A DNA stretch of 64,000 bases, from assembly GCA_021324115.1 (NCBI GenBank), contig JAJPJS010000025.1, positions 83,661-147,660 on the forward strand, written 5' to 3'. The notes beneath the pieces are model-generated. The model was not told where the DNA came from. It did no database searches and worked only from the letters and a program-made list of their open reading frames with translations. The position numbers and the translations under genes are program-made. Shown here piece after piece: positions 30,291 through 39,557 of this stretch; the first letter of the stretch is position 1, and each line of letters starts with the position of its first letter. The DNA comes from Nitrososphaerota archaeon (GTDB lineage Archaea; Thermoproteota; Nitrososphaeria; Conexivisphaerales; DTJL01).

Positions 30291-30324
30291 GGTCGCCTAC
30301 GACAGGGTATACTTGATGCTGGGA

Positions 30325-31368
30325 CTAAAGTCCGATACTGTTTATCGGCAGACCCGAATTGGCATCCAACACCAGCACAATTTTGCTTCCCTTATGGTCG
30401 TACCTGATGAACCAAACGGGAACGTGTAGTAGCTCACCATCAGAGACATCCATATCTGTTTTCATCTGTTGGATCATATGATATTTCGCATGAGCCTTTT
30501 GCGCCTGAAGCTGATCCACATACGTCTTGGCCTGATATTTGGCTGCATCCTCGCCCACGTCACCATTTAGTATTTTTACACCGCTGGGAAACTTGGTCGC
30601 GTCGAACAGAGTTCGACTGTCAAGGTTGAACTGATAATCACGTGGCTGGTAATCGGTAAGCGCTTTTAGAGCCACAACCGGGAAGTTGTAGTTTGCATCG
30701 ATTTCGGCCGCTTTCCTCGGACCCCCTCCCCCCATGCCTCCCCCCATGACGGTGCCCAGCATCGCTCCTTCGATCAACCCTCCACCGAACCCAGGTCCTC
30801 TTCTTCCAAAACCTCCACCCATTACGCCGAAGAGTGCTGCCGTGGTGGCTATGGTCCCGGCCTCCATCGCCACATCTGTGGCTACAACCGAGGTGCGGGC
30901 GGATACCGGGATTATCCAGTAGGGTACAACACTCAGTGTGGCTTCCTCAAGAACGGAGGATTCCTGAAGATGCCTTCTGAGCAGCCCCCTGTCCATGTAA
31001 TCATGGACCCTGGCGATCACGGCTTCCTTGTCCGGATACGTCAACGGAAGCATGGTATGCTTCTGGATACTCCTCCATCCATCGTTGCCGAGAGATACGC
31101 TTGCTCCACAGTATTCGCACGTAATCACCATCTCTCCGAACTTGGGTGATATCGGTGCACCGCAGCTTGGACACTTCAATGAAGTGGCACCCGTGGGTGC
31201 GAGCACAGCGGTTCGGTCCGGCGCAGCACCCCCTGTAGATGATGGTTGACCACGCTGTTGCACATTCTGTCCCTGCCCCCCTCCTTCCACTCCGGAGACC
31301 CGTGCTCCACACTTCCAGCAGAAAGAGGCATCATCAGGCAGCTGGGTACCACATTTCAGACAATACAA
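30325..31368 (-). CDS. Zinc-ribbon protein with Gly-rich central region, third gene of the SPFH operon
   Basis: 347 aa. N-terminal CxxC...CxxC ribbon (CLKCGTQLPDDASFCWKCGARV) plus a second ribbon (CPSCGAPIS...CEYCGASV). GGGFGRRGPGFGGG and GGGMGGGG tracts. C-terminal globular domain. Confidence 0.5.
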   Translation of the reverse strand: MYCLKCGTQLPDDASFCWKCGARVSGVEGGGQGQNVQQRGQPSSTGGAAPDRTAVLAPTGATSLKCPSCGAPISPKFGEMVITCEYCGASVSLGNDGWRSIQKHTMLPLTYPDKEAVIARVHDYMDRGLLRRHLQESSVLEEATLSVVPYWIIPVSARTSVVATDVAMEAGTIATTAALFGVMGGGFGRRGPGFGGGLIEGAMLGTVMGGGMGGGGPRKAAEIDANYNFPVVALKALTDYQPRDYQFNLDSRTLFDATKFPSGVKILNGDVGEDAAKYQAKTYVDQLQAQKAHAKYHMIQQMKTDMDVSDGELLHVPVWFIRYDHKGSKIVLVLDANSGLPINSIGL

Positions 31369-31402
31369 GATGATTCACGCTCCGATCTGATCTAAATTAT
31401 CT

Positions 31403-32635
31403 TTAAAGCTGCTTGCCACAGTTGGGACAGAACTTCGCTCCGGCCTGAACAGGACTGCCACAGCTTGGACAGGTCTTTGCCTGATTCTGACTCTGCGTTT
31501 GAGGTGCGGGGGATCCACAGTTGGGACAGAACTTCGCTCCGGCCGGTATCTGAGTTCCACACTTTGGACACGCTATCGAGCCCTGTGCCGCAGCCGCGGG
31601 AGCCCTGGGCGCCATCTGCTGATTTGCGCCACAGTTCGGACAGAACGCAGTCGTAGCCGGTATCAGGGAACCACAATTCGAGCAGGTTTTCATTGGCTGC
31701 TGGTTGAAACCCTGGGCGAACTGCCCTCCCACGGCATACCCCATACCAACTCCGGCTCCGAGCCCAACGCCAAGCCCTGCCCCGGCACCGGCGACACCGG
31801 TGGGATTTTTCGCCGCGTCCACCATCGCCTGACCCGCCTGGTACTGAATGTAGTTCACACCCAGCACGGACATCTCGGACCGGGTGTCAATTGCCTTCTG
31901 GACTTCATCAGGAAGGCTTATGGTGAGGCCGGAGATCTTGTTTATCTCAACCCCATACTGGGCAAAGTGGTCTGAGCACATCGACAGAACCACCTGTTCT
32001 ATATTGGTCAGATTGGCAGCAAGATCTGTGACCTTCATCCCCTGCGATTTCATCTTGCCAAGTGCATTGTACACAAGAATAACCAGCTGCTCCCTCAGCC
32101 TCGCCTCCACTTCGTCGGATGTTTCTACCGCAAAGGTACCCACAAACTGATTTATGAAATTCTCAGGGGACGAAACCTTCCACCTGTATTCTCCAAACAC
32201 CCTTAGATTTACGATACCGAATGTGGGGTCTGTGAACTGGAATGGCTGAGTGCTCCCATACTTTCCGTCGAGGTACCTCTTCTGCAGGTAGTATACTTCT
32301 GCCTGCTGCTGCACACCCGTAAAGAACTTTAGAAGGCCACCGACGATGGGTGCGTTGAAATCCGTCAGAGCATACCTGTTGGGCTGGTCAAAGTAGGTCA
32401 GGACCTTACCATCTCTGTAGAAGACAGCTATCTCGTCCTCCCTCACGACAATGTTGTCATTCAGTCTTATGAGTCTGGGTACCTTCCACATAACATTATT
32501 CTGCTTGAATTGGGGATCCCATTCGATCGTTGTTGAACCGAGAACACTACCACCAGACGAAGGAACTCCACCGGCCGAAGGCTTCTTTCCAAACACCATT
32601 TTACAACCATCACTTCTGGAGTATCTGCTCCACAT
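31403..32635 (-). CDS. SPFH (band-7)-like domain protein with three C-terminal zinc-ribbon repeats
   Basis: 410 aa. The central region aligns to SPFH-like 'virion core protein'-type domains. Gly/Ala-rich linker, then three CxxCG...FCPNCG modules. The true start is possibly the internal MVFGKK or MWKVPRL. Confidence 0.55.
   Translation of the reverse strand: MWSRYSRSDGCKMVFGKKPSAGGVPSSGGSVLGSTTIEWDPQFKQNNVMWKVPRLIRLNDNIVVREDEIAVFYRDGKVLTYFDQPNRYALTDFNAPIVGGLLKFFTGVQQQAEVYYLQKRYLDGKYGSTQPFQFTDPTFGIVNLRVFGEYRWKVSSPENFINQFVGTFAVETSDEVEARLREQLVILVYNALGKMKSQGMKVTDLAANLTNIEQVVLSMCSDHFAQYGVEINKISGLTISLPDEVQKAIDTRSEMSVLGVNYIQYQAGQAMVDAAKNPTGVAGAGAGLGVGLGAGVGMGYAVGGQFAQGFNQQPMKTCSNCGSLIPATTAFCPNCGANQQMAPRAPAAAAQGSIACPKCGTQIPAGAKFCPNCGSPAPQTQSQNQAKTCPSCGSPVQAGAKFCPNCGKQL
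31405..31544 (-). repeat. Intragenic tandem duplication: identical 30-nt segments (31405-31434 and 31515-31544, period 110 nt) plus a diverged third copy near 31625
   Basis: ccacagttgggacagaacttcgctccggcc occurs twice verbatim. It encodes the repeated AKFCPNCG zinc-ribbon modules of the SPFH gene. Confidence 0.8.
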
Positions 32636-33161
32636 TCTCCAGCCTGACAGACCATTTCTGCTTTATGTCCGATACGGCAGACTGCAGTCTCGTAATCAAA
32701 TTCTGGACATTGTTTGGTGCGTTGGGGTCATACACAAAACTGGAAGGCATGGTAGAATTCAGAAGTTGAACGGCCGAATCTACGAACGCATAATCATACT
32801 CATAAAGTCTGTTCAGCACTTCTTGGGTGATGCTTATGCTTGCGGCCAGTCCCGAATAACCCTGCTGGGAGTGCCGTACCTCTCCGGCAAGTTGTTGAAT
32901 CTGCGACATCACCCCGCCGAGAGCGGTCAGATTTGTGAAGTCATTGTTATTCACCATCTGCTTTCTCAGCGAATCAAGATTACTTCTGGCAAGGTCCAGC
33001 TTGTCCGCAACCTGATTGCGCAAGAGCTCATCCGCAATTCTAATGTCTTCGGACCTTCTGTACCCTCGCAGTCCGGGTACAAGCAGCTGTAATTTCTTCA
33101 GTGTTCCGCTGTCCTCCTTTACGGCCTGTCTGATATCAGGGTTTCCGGCAGACACCAACAT
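32610..33161 (-). CDS. Hypothetical helical protein, first gene of the SPFH/zinc-ribbon operon
   Basis: 183 aa, predicted mostly alpha-helical. Its 3' end overlaps the SPFH gene start by 26 nt on the same strand (operonic). Confidence 0.45.
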   Translation of the reverse strand: MLVSAGNPDIRQAVKEDSGTLKKLQLLVPGLRGYRRSEDIRIADELLRNQVADKLDLARSNLDSLRKQMVNNNDFTNLTALGGVMSQIQQLAGEVRHSQQGYSGLAASISITQEVLNRLYEYDYAFVDSAVQLLNSTMPSSFVYDPNAPNNVQNLITRLQSAVSDIKQKWSVRLENVEQILQK

Positions 33162-33260
33162 TCACCGATACTGCATGTTGACGGCAAAACGTGTCATAAA
33201 TATGTTGTGTTTGAAGTGGACTCAAAATAGATATATCGCGATGCATGTCTCACCTATGCC

Positions 33261-34745
33261 ATGAAGTACAATAGTCCGGTGAATGAACTATTGGAAGAGT
33301 ACAGGCCGGTTTGGGCACTTCTGTACTCCTCATCCGTTATGAGGTGGGACCTGGAGACTTACATGCCCAGGGCAGGGGCGGATGCTCGCGGAAGAGCACT
33401 GGCAGACATCACCATGATGGTTCAAAGTAGGATCATATCGATGAAACCTCTCATCGAGAGGGGAAAGGCGTCAAAGGGTCTGACAGACGTTGAAAAGGGG
33501 GTTGTGAGGGTACTCGGACGTAGACTGAACTACTATGAGAGGGTGCCACCAACGCTAATCGAAGAACTTCAAAGAACTACCACAAAATCCAGAATTGCTT
33601 GGAGAGAAGCCAAGGAAAAGTCTGACTTCAAACTCTTCCGACCCCACCTTGAGAAAGTATTATCACTGAAGATGAAAGAGGGCGAAAGACTGGCTGGCGG
33701 AGGTGACCCGTATGATGCACTGCTTGACCAGGGTGAAGAGGGACTCTCGTCAAGAGACCTCGATTCCATTTTCGGGTCACTTATCCCGTCGCTGAAGAAG
33801 ATACTTTCAAAGGTGCTGAAGAACGGGGAGCCTCCTTCAAGTCACAAACTCGAAAAATCCGGATATGATGAACCTTCGATAATTGCCGCGAACGCCGGGG
33901 TAATTCAGGTTCTGGGAATGCCCAATGACAGATTCAGGGTGGACCTGTCCGCACACCCGTTTACTTCTGGTATGGATGTGGACGACGTTCGAATAACCAC
34001 GAGATTCAAGGACAGGGACTTCCGCACAACGTTATATGCTACAATCCATGAATCGGGTCATGCGCTCTACGAATTGCAGGTGGATAGAGACCTGCGGTCC
34101 ACGCCCATCGGGCACGGTGTCTCCTCAGGTTTCCATGAATCTCAATCAAGGTTCTGGGAGAATATGGTAGGGAGAAGCAGGGAATTCGTAAAGAAGCTCA
34201 CACCGGTCATCCACAAGATGCTGGAATTCACGAAAAGGTACGACTCCGATGAACTTTACAGATACGCGAACCTGGTGAGACCGAGCCTTATCAGGGTCGA
34301 CGCTGATGAAATCACTTACAATCTGCACATAGCACTGAGGTACAGAATCGAGAAGCTTCTCTTTGAGGAAAAGGTGAAAGTCGCAGAGATACCACAGATT
34401 TGGTCGGATACGATCGAAGAACTGCTGGGAGTGAAACCGAAAGATGATTCCACGGGGTCCCTCCAGGACATTCACTGGAGCTCGGGCGGTTTCGCATCCT
34501 TTCCAAACTACACCGTGGGCAATGTAATCGCTGGCATGTGCTGGGAGGCGATAAGCCGCAAAAGGGAGTTTTCCGCCGTAATAAACGAAGGAGGAGTAGA
34601 CGAACTCAAGAAGTGGCTTGGTTCAAACATTCACAGATATGGGGGCACGTATGCACCGAGAGAGCTTCAGCGGAGGGTGTTTAACAAGGTGAACGATACA
34701 GGCGGCTTGATAAGATACCTGGAAACCAAATATCTGAAGTTCTAA
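33261..34745 (+). CDS. M32 family carboxypeptidase (Taq-like thermostable carboxypeptidase)
   Basis: 494 aa. HEXXH zinc motif (HESGHALYE) and the downstream DIHWSSGGFASFPNYTVG block characteristic of M32. Confidence 0.85.
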   Translation: MKYNSPVNELLEEYRPVWALLYSSSVMRWDLETYMPRAGADARGRALADITMMVQSRIISMKPLIERGKASKGLTDVEKGVVRVLGRRLNYYERVPPTLIEELQRTTTKSRIAWREAKEKSDFKLFRPHLEKVLSLKMKEGERLAGGGDPYDALLDQGEEGLSSRDLDSIFGSLIPSLKKILSKVLKNGEPPSSHKLEKSGYDEPSIIAANAGVIQVLGMPNDRFRVDLSAHPFTSGMDVDDVRITTRFKDRDFRTTLYATIHESGHALYELQVDRDLRSTPIGHGVSSGFHESQSRFWENMVGRSREFVKKLTPVIHKMLEFTKRYDSDELYRYANLVRPSLIRVDADEITYNLHIALRYRIEKLLFEEKVKVAEIPQIWSDTIEELLGVKPKDDSTGSLQDIHWSSGGFASFPNYTVGNVIAGMCWEAISRKREFSAVINEGGVDELKKWLGSNIHRYGGTYAPRELQRRVFNKVNDTGGLIRYLETKYLKF

Positions 34746-34757
34746 ATTCTTCATCAT

Positions 34758-35858
34758 CTAATTTGCTATCAATGTTATGATGTCTTCATCCATAAGCCTG
34801 TGGTCCAGTCCGACCTTCTGTCCCCCGAATTTTACACTTCTTCCCCATACCTGCGCATATCTGAATTCATCCCTCATCTTTCGATGAACTTTATCGCACA
34901 CACCCGCTACGGTTGCTCCGTTCCTGAGTATCATTGGCTCCGAGTAGTCTGTCTGTCGTCCTCTTGGACGCATGTAGATCCTGATCAGTTCGAGCCTACG
35001 ATATATTTCCTGTTTCAGAGCCTCAATGTTCAGGTTCCCTTCTGCAGAAACCGGAAGAAAATCGAATTTCAGCTTTGATTGAAGCTCGTTCGTGAATCCA
35101 GCGTTTACGAGGTCGATTTTATTCATCACTGTGATAGATTTCACATACACTCTGTTCCCCACAAGAACGTCTATGAGCTGGTCAGGAGTGACATCCTCTC
35201 TAAGGATCACGCGGGCACTGTTTATGTCGTATATCTGTAGGATTTCTTTAACAAGCTTCTCTGTCATCTTCGTCAGCTTCACAAGCTGCACCACAGAAAT
35301 CCCTCCTGAGGAGGTTCTTTCTATGTCAATCCTTGGTCTTGATTCATCGATCCTGAGACCGATGGTCCTGAGCTCCCTTTCAAGTAGTGGGCGTGCCTCA
35401 GGCTGAAAGACGTCGAGGACATACATTATAAGGTCCGCAGACCTTGCCACGGACAAAACCCTCTTTCCCAGTCCTTTCCCCGAAGACGCTCCCTCGATTA
35501 TTCCGGGTAGGTCCAAGATCTGGATTCTCGCCCCCATGTATTCCATCATTCCGGGAACGACTTCAAGAGTGGTGAACTGGTACGCCCCAACCTTTGACTT
35601 TGCGTTCGTAAGCCTGTTCAGGAGGGTGGACTTCCCGACGCTCGGAAGTCCGATCAATACCACGCTCGCATCTCCCGATTTCCTGACGTCGTAGCCCTGA
35701 GAAGAGGAGCCACCCCTCCTGCTGGTCTGCTCTTCGAGCTCCCTTTTGAGCTTCGCAAGGCGGGCCCTCAGAAGACCGATATGATGTTCGGTTTTCTTGT
35801 TAATCTGTGTGCGGTGCAGGTCTTCTTCAATCTGTTTGATCTTCTCGGGTATTCCCAA
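34758..35858 (-). CDS. DRG-family (Obg-like) GTP-binding protein with C-terminal TGS domain
   Basis: 366 aa. G1 GLPSVGKSTLLN, G3 DLPGII. TGS-like C-terminus. Confidence 0.8.
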   Translation of the reverse strand: MGIPEKIKQIEEDLHRTQINKKTEHHIGLLRARLAKLKRELEEQTSRRGGSSSQGYDVRKSGDASVVLIGLPSVGKSTLLNRLTNAKSKVGAYQFTTLEVVPGMMEYMGARIQILDLPGIIEGASSGKGLGKRVLSVARSADLIMYVLDVFQPEARPLLERELRTIGLRIDESRPRIDIERTSSGGISVVQLVKLTKMTEKLVKEILQIYDINSARVILREDVTPDQLIDVLVGNRVYVKSITVMNKIDLVNAGFTNELQSKLKFDFLPVSAEGNLNIEALKQEIYRRLELIRIYMRPRGRQTDYSEPMILRNGATVAGVCDKVHRKMRDEFRYAQVWGRSVKFGGQKVGLDHRLMDEDIITLIAN

Positions 35859-35969
35859 ATCCTATCAACCTATCTGCTCTGGCTGAAGAAACCTTCTGGC
35901 TGCGATGATCGAAAATTGGTTGCCGCACCTTCCCAGACTACATGGCAGTTTGTTCCCCATCATTCGCAC

Positions 35970-37217
35970 TCATCCTCCGTAAACATCCTGCAGGGCTCCC
36001 TTTGCGAGTGCAAAAAATTCCCTGACAGCAAGCTTGGGGTGCTTGGTTGCCAGCCTAGCCATAGTCAGAGTGCTGAAGTCGGACCTTATGAACTGCATAA
36101 ACTCCTGGGGGGAGAGTTCATTTATTATGTCCAGTTCCTTGTCCCAGCCTGCGTCATCAAGCCCCAGCCATCTGGATTGTACGCGCAGTGCAGCCTTGAT
36201 TTTCGATTCCACCTCATTTCTGCAGACAGTTTCATACCTCTGCTTGAGCAAATCTATGCCATAAGACAGGGCATCAGGCGCACACTCCCCCAGCAGACGG
36301 CCATATCTGATCGCATACCTGATTCCCTCCAGGACCAGCGGATTGCCCTGGCCTGCGGAGTCTCCCACCAAAGCAACGCCATTTCCCACGAGCCTGCTTC
36401 TCAATCCTTCGTTGGGAACCAGACCATAGTGAAACTCTAATGGGGTTAATCTGCCATATCCGGCGAGCGGCCCTGGTCTTTCGAGCATCAACCGATCCAG
36501 CATACCGACCGGGTTAGCTTTGGAATGCGGTCTTCCCACACCCACCCCAATCCTGACGCGCCTTCCTCCGACGGGGAATATCCAAGCATATCCAGCAGGA
36601 GAATATGCGGAGCCCACCATAAGGTACCACTCATCCTCACGAACATTTTCCGCCAGAGCCTCGTACTCTGCTCCCACACCATAATTTACCCATTCGGGTG
36701 CCATTCCCAGATCCTTGGCTATTACAGAATGGAAACCGCTTGCATCGATCACAAGCCCTGCCCGCACTTCTTCTTCGGGGACTCCAGATGAAGATAGCAT
36801 CACACCTTCCACCCTTTTATTTTGATCAAGAACAGGTCGAATGACTCTTGTCCTGAGTCTCAGAACTGCGCCCGCATCTCCCGCAAGTTCTGCCAGATGC
36901 TGGTACGTTCTTCGAACGTCGAGTACGCAGGCTTCAGGCGAAGAACTCTTGATCGATGCCTTATTACCAGGTGATACAAAGCGGTATCCGGAAACGGGAT
37001 TGTAAAGCTCTCTTGGAATCCCCAGTTCTTTTGCATCGGTCATCCAGGTGACCCCGCTGGTTCTCACATGCTCCGCTATGGACTGTTCCTGCTCAACTAC
37101 CAGGACAGAAACCCCTTTCAGAGCGGCTGCCCTCGCAGCAGAGAGTCCCGCGGGGCCCCCTCCAACTACGATAACGTCGTACAATAACAGTCGACCACGA
37201 CCCTTCTTATCTAACAC
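35970..37217 (-). CDS. Geranylgeranyl reductase (digeranylgeranylglycerophospholipid reductase family)
   Basis: 415 aa. N-terminal FAD motif YDVIVVGGGPAGLSAARAAALKG. GGR-family similarity across the catalytic domain, with a C-terminal extension. Confidence 0.8.
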   Translation of the reverse strand: MLDKKGRGRLLLYDVIVVGGGPAGLSAARAAALKGVSVLVVEQEQSIAEHVRTSGVTWMTDAKELGIPRELYNPVSGYRFVSPGNKASIKSSSPEACVLDVRRTYQHLAELAGDAGAVLRLRTRVIRPVLDQNKRVEGVMLSSSGVPEEEVRAGLVIDASGFHSVIAKDLGMAPEWVNYGVGAEYEALAENVREDEWYLMVGSAYSPAGYAWIFPVGGRRVRIGVGVGRPHSKANPVGMLDRLMLERPGPLAGYGRLTPLEFHYGLVPNEGLRSRLVGNGVALVGDSAGQGNPLVLEGIRYAIRYGRLLGECAPDALSYGIDLLKQRYETVCRNEVESKIKAALRVQSRWLGLDDAGWDKELDIINELSPQEFMQFIRSDFSTLTMARLATKHPKLAVREFFALAKGALQDVYGG

Positions 37218-37510
37218 CGGATTGAGAGTTATCCAATTGCTTCCTCTTCATAAGGGGACCGTACACGAGGTCTGGTGGAGAAGTGTTCATGGGTTTTTCA
37301 TTGTGACATTTCTCGCACTCAAACCCATAGTGATATACACAGTACCTTTCAGTTTCTGCACCGCACTCGCATTTCATTTGATCTTCAGCCCCCTTCGCTT
37401 GTACGTCTTCTCATACGGAGGCGAGAGTAACCCTAAAAACCTTCCCAACGAATCCCTCCCATAACCGATATAATGACGCCACGCACCAAGGATGTGGCGG
37501 TTTCTGAACG

Positions 37511-37630
37511 ATGGTGTCACGTAACGATGAACTTCTGGAATGCCCTGTCTGTGGGACATTGATGTTCGAAGTACGCTGCAAGGCGCTTTGCCGAGGCTGT
37601 GGATACACGATAGATTGCTCCGACTGGTAA
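37511..37630 (+). CDS. Small zinc-ribbon protein (39 aa), not in the ORF track
   Basis: ATG at 37511. MVSRNDELLECPVCGTLMFEVRCKALCRGCGYTIDCSDW contains CPxCG...CxxC/CxGCG knuckles. Lies in the intergenic gap and is convergent with the Alba gene. Confidence 0.3.
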   Translation: MVSRNDELLECPVCGTLMFEVRCKALCRGCGYTIDCSDW

Positions 37631-37680
37631 CTGTTTGCTCAGCTGTTCGCTGTGCACAGTCATGGCTAACGCTGCATTTG

Positions 37681-37704
37681 TATAAAAAAGCGTCCGAGAC
37701 GAGC
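37681..37704 (-). terminator. Short hairpin plus T6 tract downstream of the Alba gene
   Basis: The minus strand reads gctCGTCtcgGACGcTTTTTTata immediately after the Alba stop codon. Confidence 0.35.
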
Positions 37705-37977
37705 TTACTTCTTCAGCATTATCTCAATGCTGCTTACGTTACTCGAAGAGCCCGTCTCGTTATCCTTAACCTGTTCGGTGTCTATTTTGATTTCCTTGAC
37801 CTGAACGTCGGGTGAAAACTTCTTCCTTAGAATCTCTGCAGAGTCTACGGCGGTGCTTATGGAACGACCCCTTGCCTTGATAGTGACTTCGTTAGCACCG
37901 TTCTGGAATAGAGTCAGACAGGCCAGTACGTAGTTCATTACGGGCTTCTTTCCGATGTACACAGTATTGCTTGACAT
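37705..37977 (-). CDS. albA: Alba (Sso10b) DNA/RNA-binding chromatin protein
   Basis: 90 aa. [49 protein letters not shown] is a near-consensus Alba sequence. Confidence 0.9.
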   Translation of the reverse strand: MSSNTVYIGKKPVMNYVLACLTLFQNGANEVTIKARGRSISTAVDSAEILRKKFSPDVQVKEIKIDTEQVKDNETGSSSNVSSIEIMLKK

Positions 37978-38099
37978 ACTATCGACTTCCTACTGCTGAT
38001 GCCCACCGGAGTAATCCTTTAAATAACTTTTGTCGCGTTCTCAGCCAGCTGCAAGCAATCGATGTCAAGCATCACCTTCCGGCAATGGAAGAGCTAAAT

Positions 38100-38172
38100 T
38101 AGCCCGGGAAGGATTCGAACCCTCGTCACCGGCTCCAAAGGCCAGTATGCTTGACCACTACACCACCGGGCT
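38100..38172 (-). tRNA. tRNA-Gln (anticodon TTG), no intron
   Basis: Minus-strand read: AGCCCGG TG GTGT AGTGGTCAA GCAT A CTGGC CTTTGGA GCCGG TGAC GAGGG TTCGAAT CCTTC CCGGGCT A. A1-U72 is typical of archaeal tRNA-Gln. Confidence 0.8.
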
Positions 38173-38281
38173 GTCTGGCCTTGTGATTCGACGATTTATA
38201 AACTGGATTGAGTTTGCCGATTCATCCAAGGCCCAATCACATGAGAATTTAGTCTGTCTGCCTCTGCATTTTCGGGTCTTA

Positions 38282-39319
38282 TCAACCAACAATTTCGCGT
38301 CTGATCACGTCGTTCGGATCTTCCATTGAAGCCAGCTCCTCTCGAGCAAGCTCCCTTATCTGATTACTTGTCTCCGGGCTTAGGACTTCTCTCAGAGTTC
38401 GGACGCATTCGCCTTCGCCTCTTACCCTCCGGATGAGTCCACGCTTAACAAGATAGTCTTCGACGTACGTTGTCTTCCCTGGAAAGAATGATAAGGTTGG
38501 TACGCCCATAAGGGATGCTTCTGCATTCATTGTTCCCCCTCCTCCAACAAGTGCTCGGCATCTGGCCAGCAGGTTCGGCCCGAAGAACGGCTCCCGGCAT
38601 ACCGTGACGTTTGGCGCTTCCAATCTCCCGAATTCCCCTTCCTGTTCTGAGTACCTTGGAAGTACTATCACCCTGCTATCAGGAAAGGCTTCAGAGATCA
38701 TCCTGACCAACAAAAGGCTCTGGGTTGCCTTTTCCAGGTAGGATGCCTGGCTCTCTTCGGGTCTGAAGAGGATCGCTCCCTCGGCACCCTCTTCGAAACT
38801 CGTCGGGGTAGGCCAGTCTTCCCTGCGCTTCAGCCAGGACGCCGGGTCCAACGCTCTGTAGGTTATTATCGAGCCTCCTGCCATGCCGAACCTCCGCCAC
38901 GCACTGGGTGGTATGACCCAGGGGGTCATGAGCTTGACCGAGAGCGGGATCGTCAACCTGGCTACCCAAACGGAGTGAGGCGAATCGTTTACATTGTAGT
39001 GCGGGATGCCGAGCCCGAAAGAAACACGCGCCGCTTCGGGTGAGCCGAAGGAGATCGTTCGTTCAACAGACTTTTCCGTAATTAGCTTTGTCAGCTCCAG
39101 GCTCCTTGTGAGGCTTGCTTCCAGCTTGGATCTTTTCGAGGATCCTCCATGCTTTCCGACGGTGACAACATCCATGTTGAGGCGTCGAATGACATATTCG
39201 GCGTCATGATACCCTCTCGAAGTAATGAGCACCTCGTGCCCTTCGTCTTGCAGCGTCCTGGACAGTGTCCTGAAGAATATGAGCTGCTTGGGGGTGAGTG
39301 CGTCTATCCAGAATCTCAT
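38282..39319 (-). CDS. DUF354 family protein (archaeal glycosyltransferase-like)
   Basis: 345 aa. N-terminus MRFWIDALTPKQLIFF and overall pattern match the DUF354 family. Confidence 0.7.
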   Translation of the reverse strand: MRFWIDALTPKQLIFFRTLSRTLQDEGHEVLITSRGYHDAEYVIRRLNMDVVTVGKHGGSSKRSKLEASLTRSLELTKLITEKSVERTISFGSPEAARVSFGLGIPHYNVNDSPHSVWVARLTIPLSVKLMTPWVIPPSAWRRFGMAGGSIITYRALDPASWLKRREDWPTPTSFEEGAEGAILFRPEESQASYLEKATQSLLLVRMISEAFPDSRVIVLPRYSEQEGEFGRLEAPNVTVCREPFFGPNLLARCRALVGGGGTMNAEASLMGVPTLSFFPGKTTYVEDYLVKRGLIRRVRGEGECVRTLREVLSPETSNQIRELAREELASMEDPNDVIRREIVG

Positions 39320-39557
39320 TCAAAAGCCCCCGGTTTGTCGCCTTAATTGCGTTTTCTTTGCTGGTTCTGCCAGTATTGGAAAGCAAATAGGTCCCGGTGA
39401 CTAAGGAGCTGAAAGCCTCCTGTGCCCCCCGGAGGTTAGCTCTTCGGAGTCCACTATGCAGGAACAAGGAGGTGTTCCTGATGTGATGATCGGAATAAGA
39501 AACCATTATATCTCGACCGGACGATGCTGAGACGAATGCGGAGCCGGGCGTGGTGAA

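Noticed and set aside
37048-37464. 138-aa plus-strand ORF overlapping the start region of the GGR gene
   Set aside because: It is antisense to the FAD-binding N-terminus of the GGR gene and has low-complexity composition.
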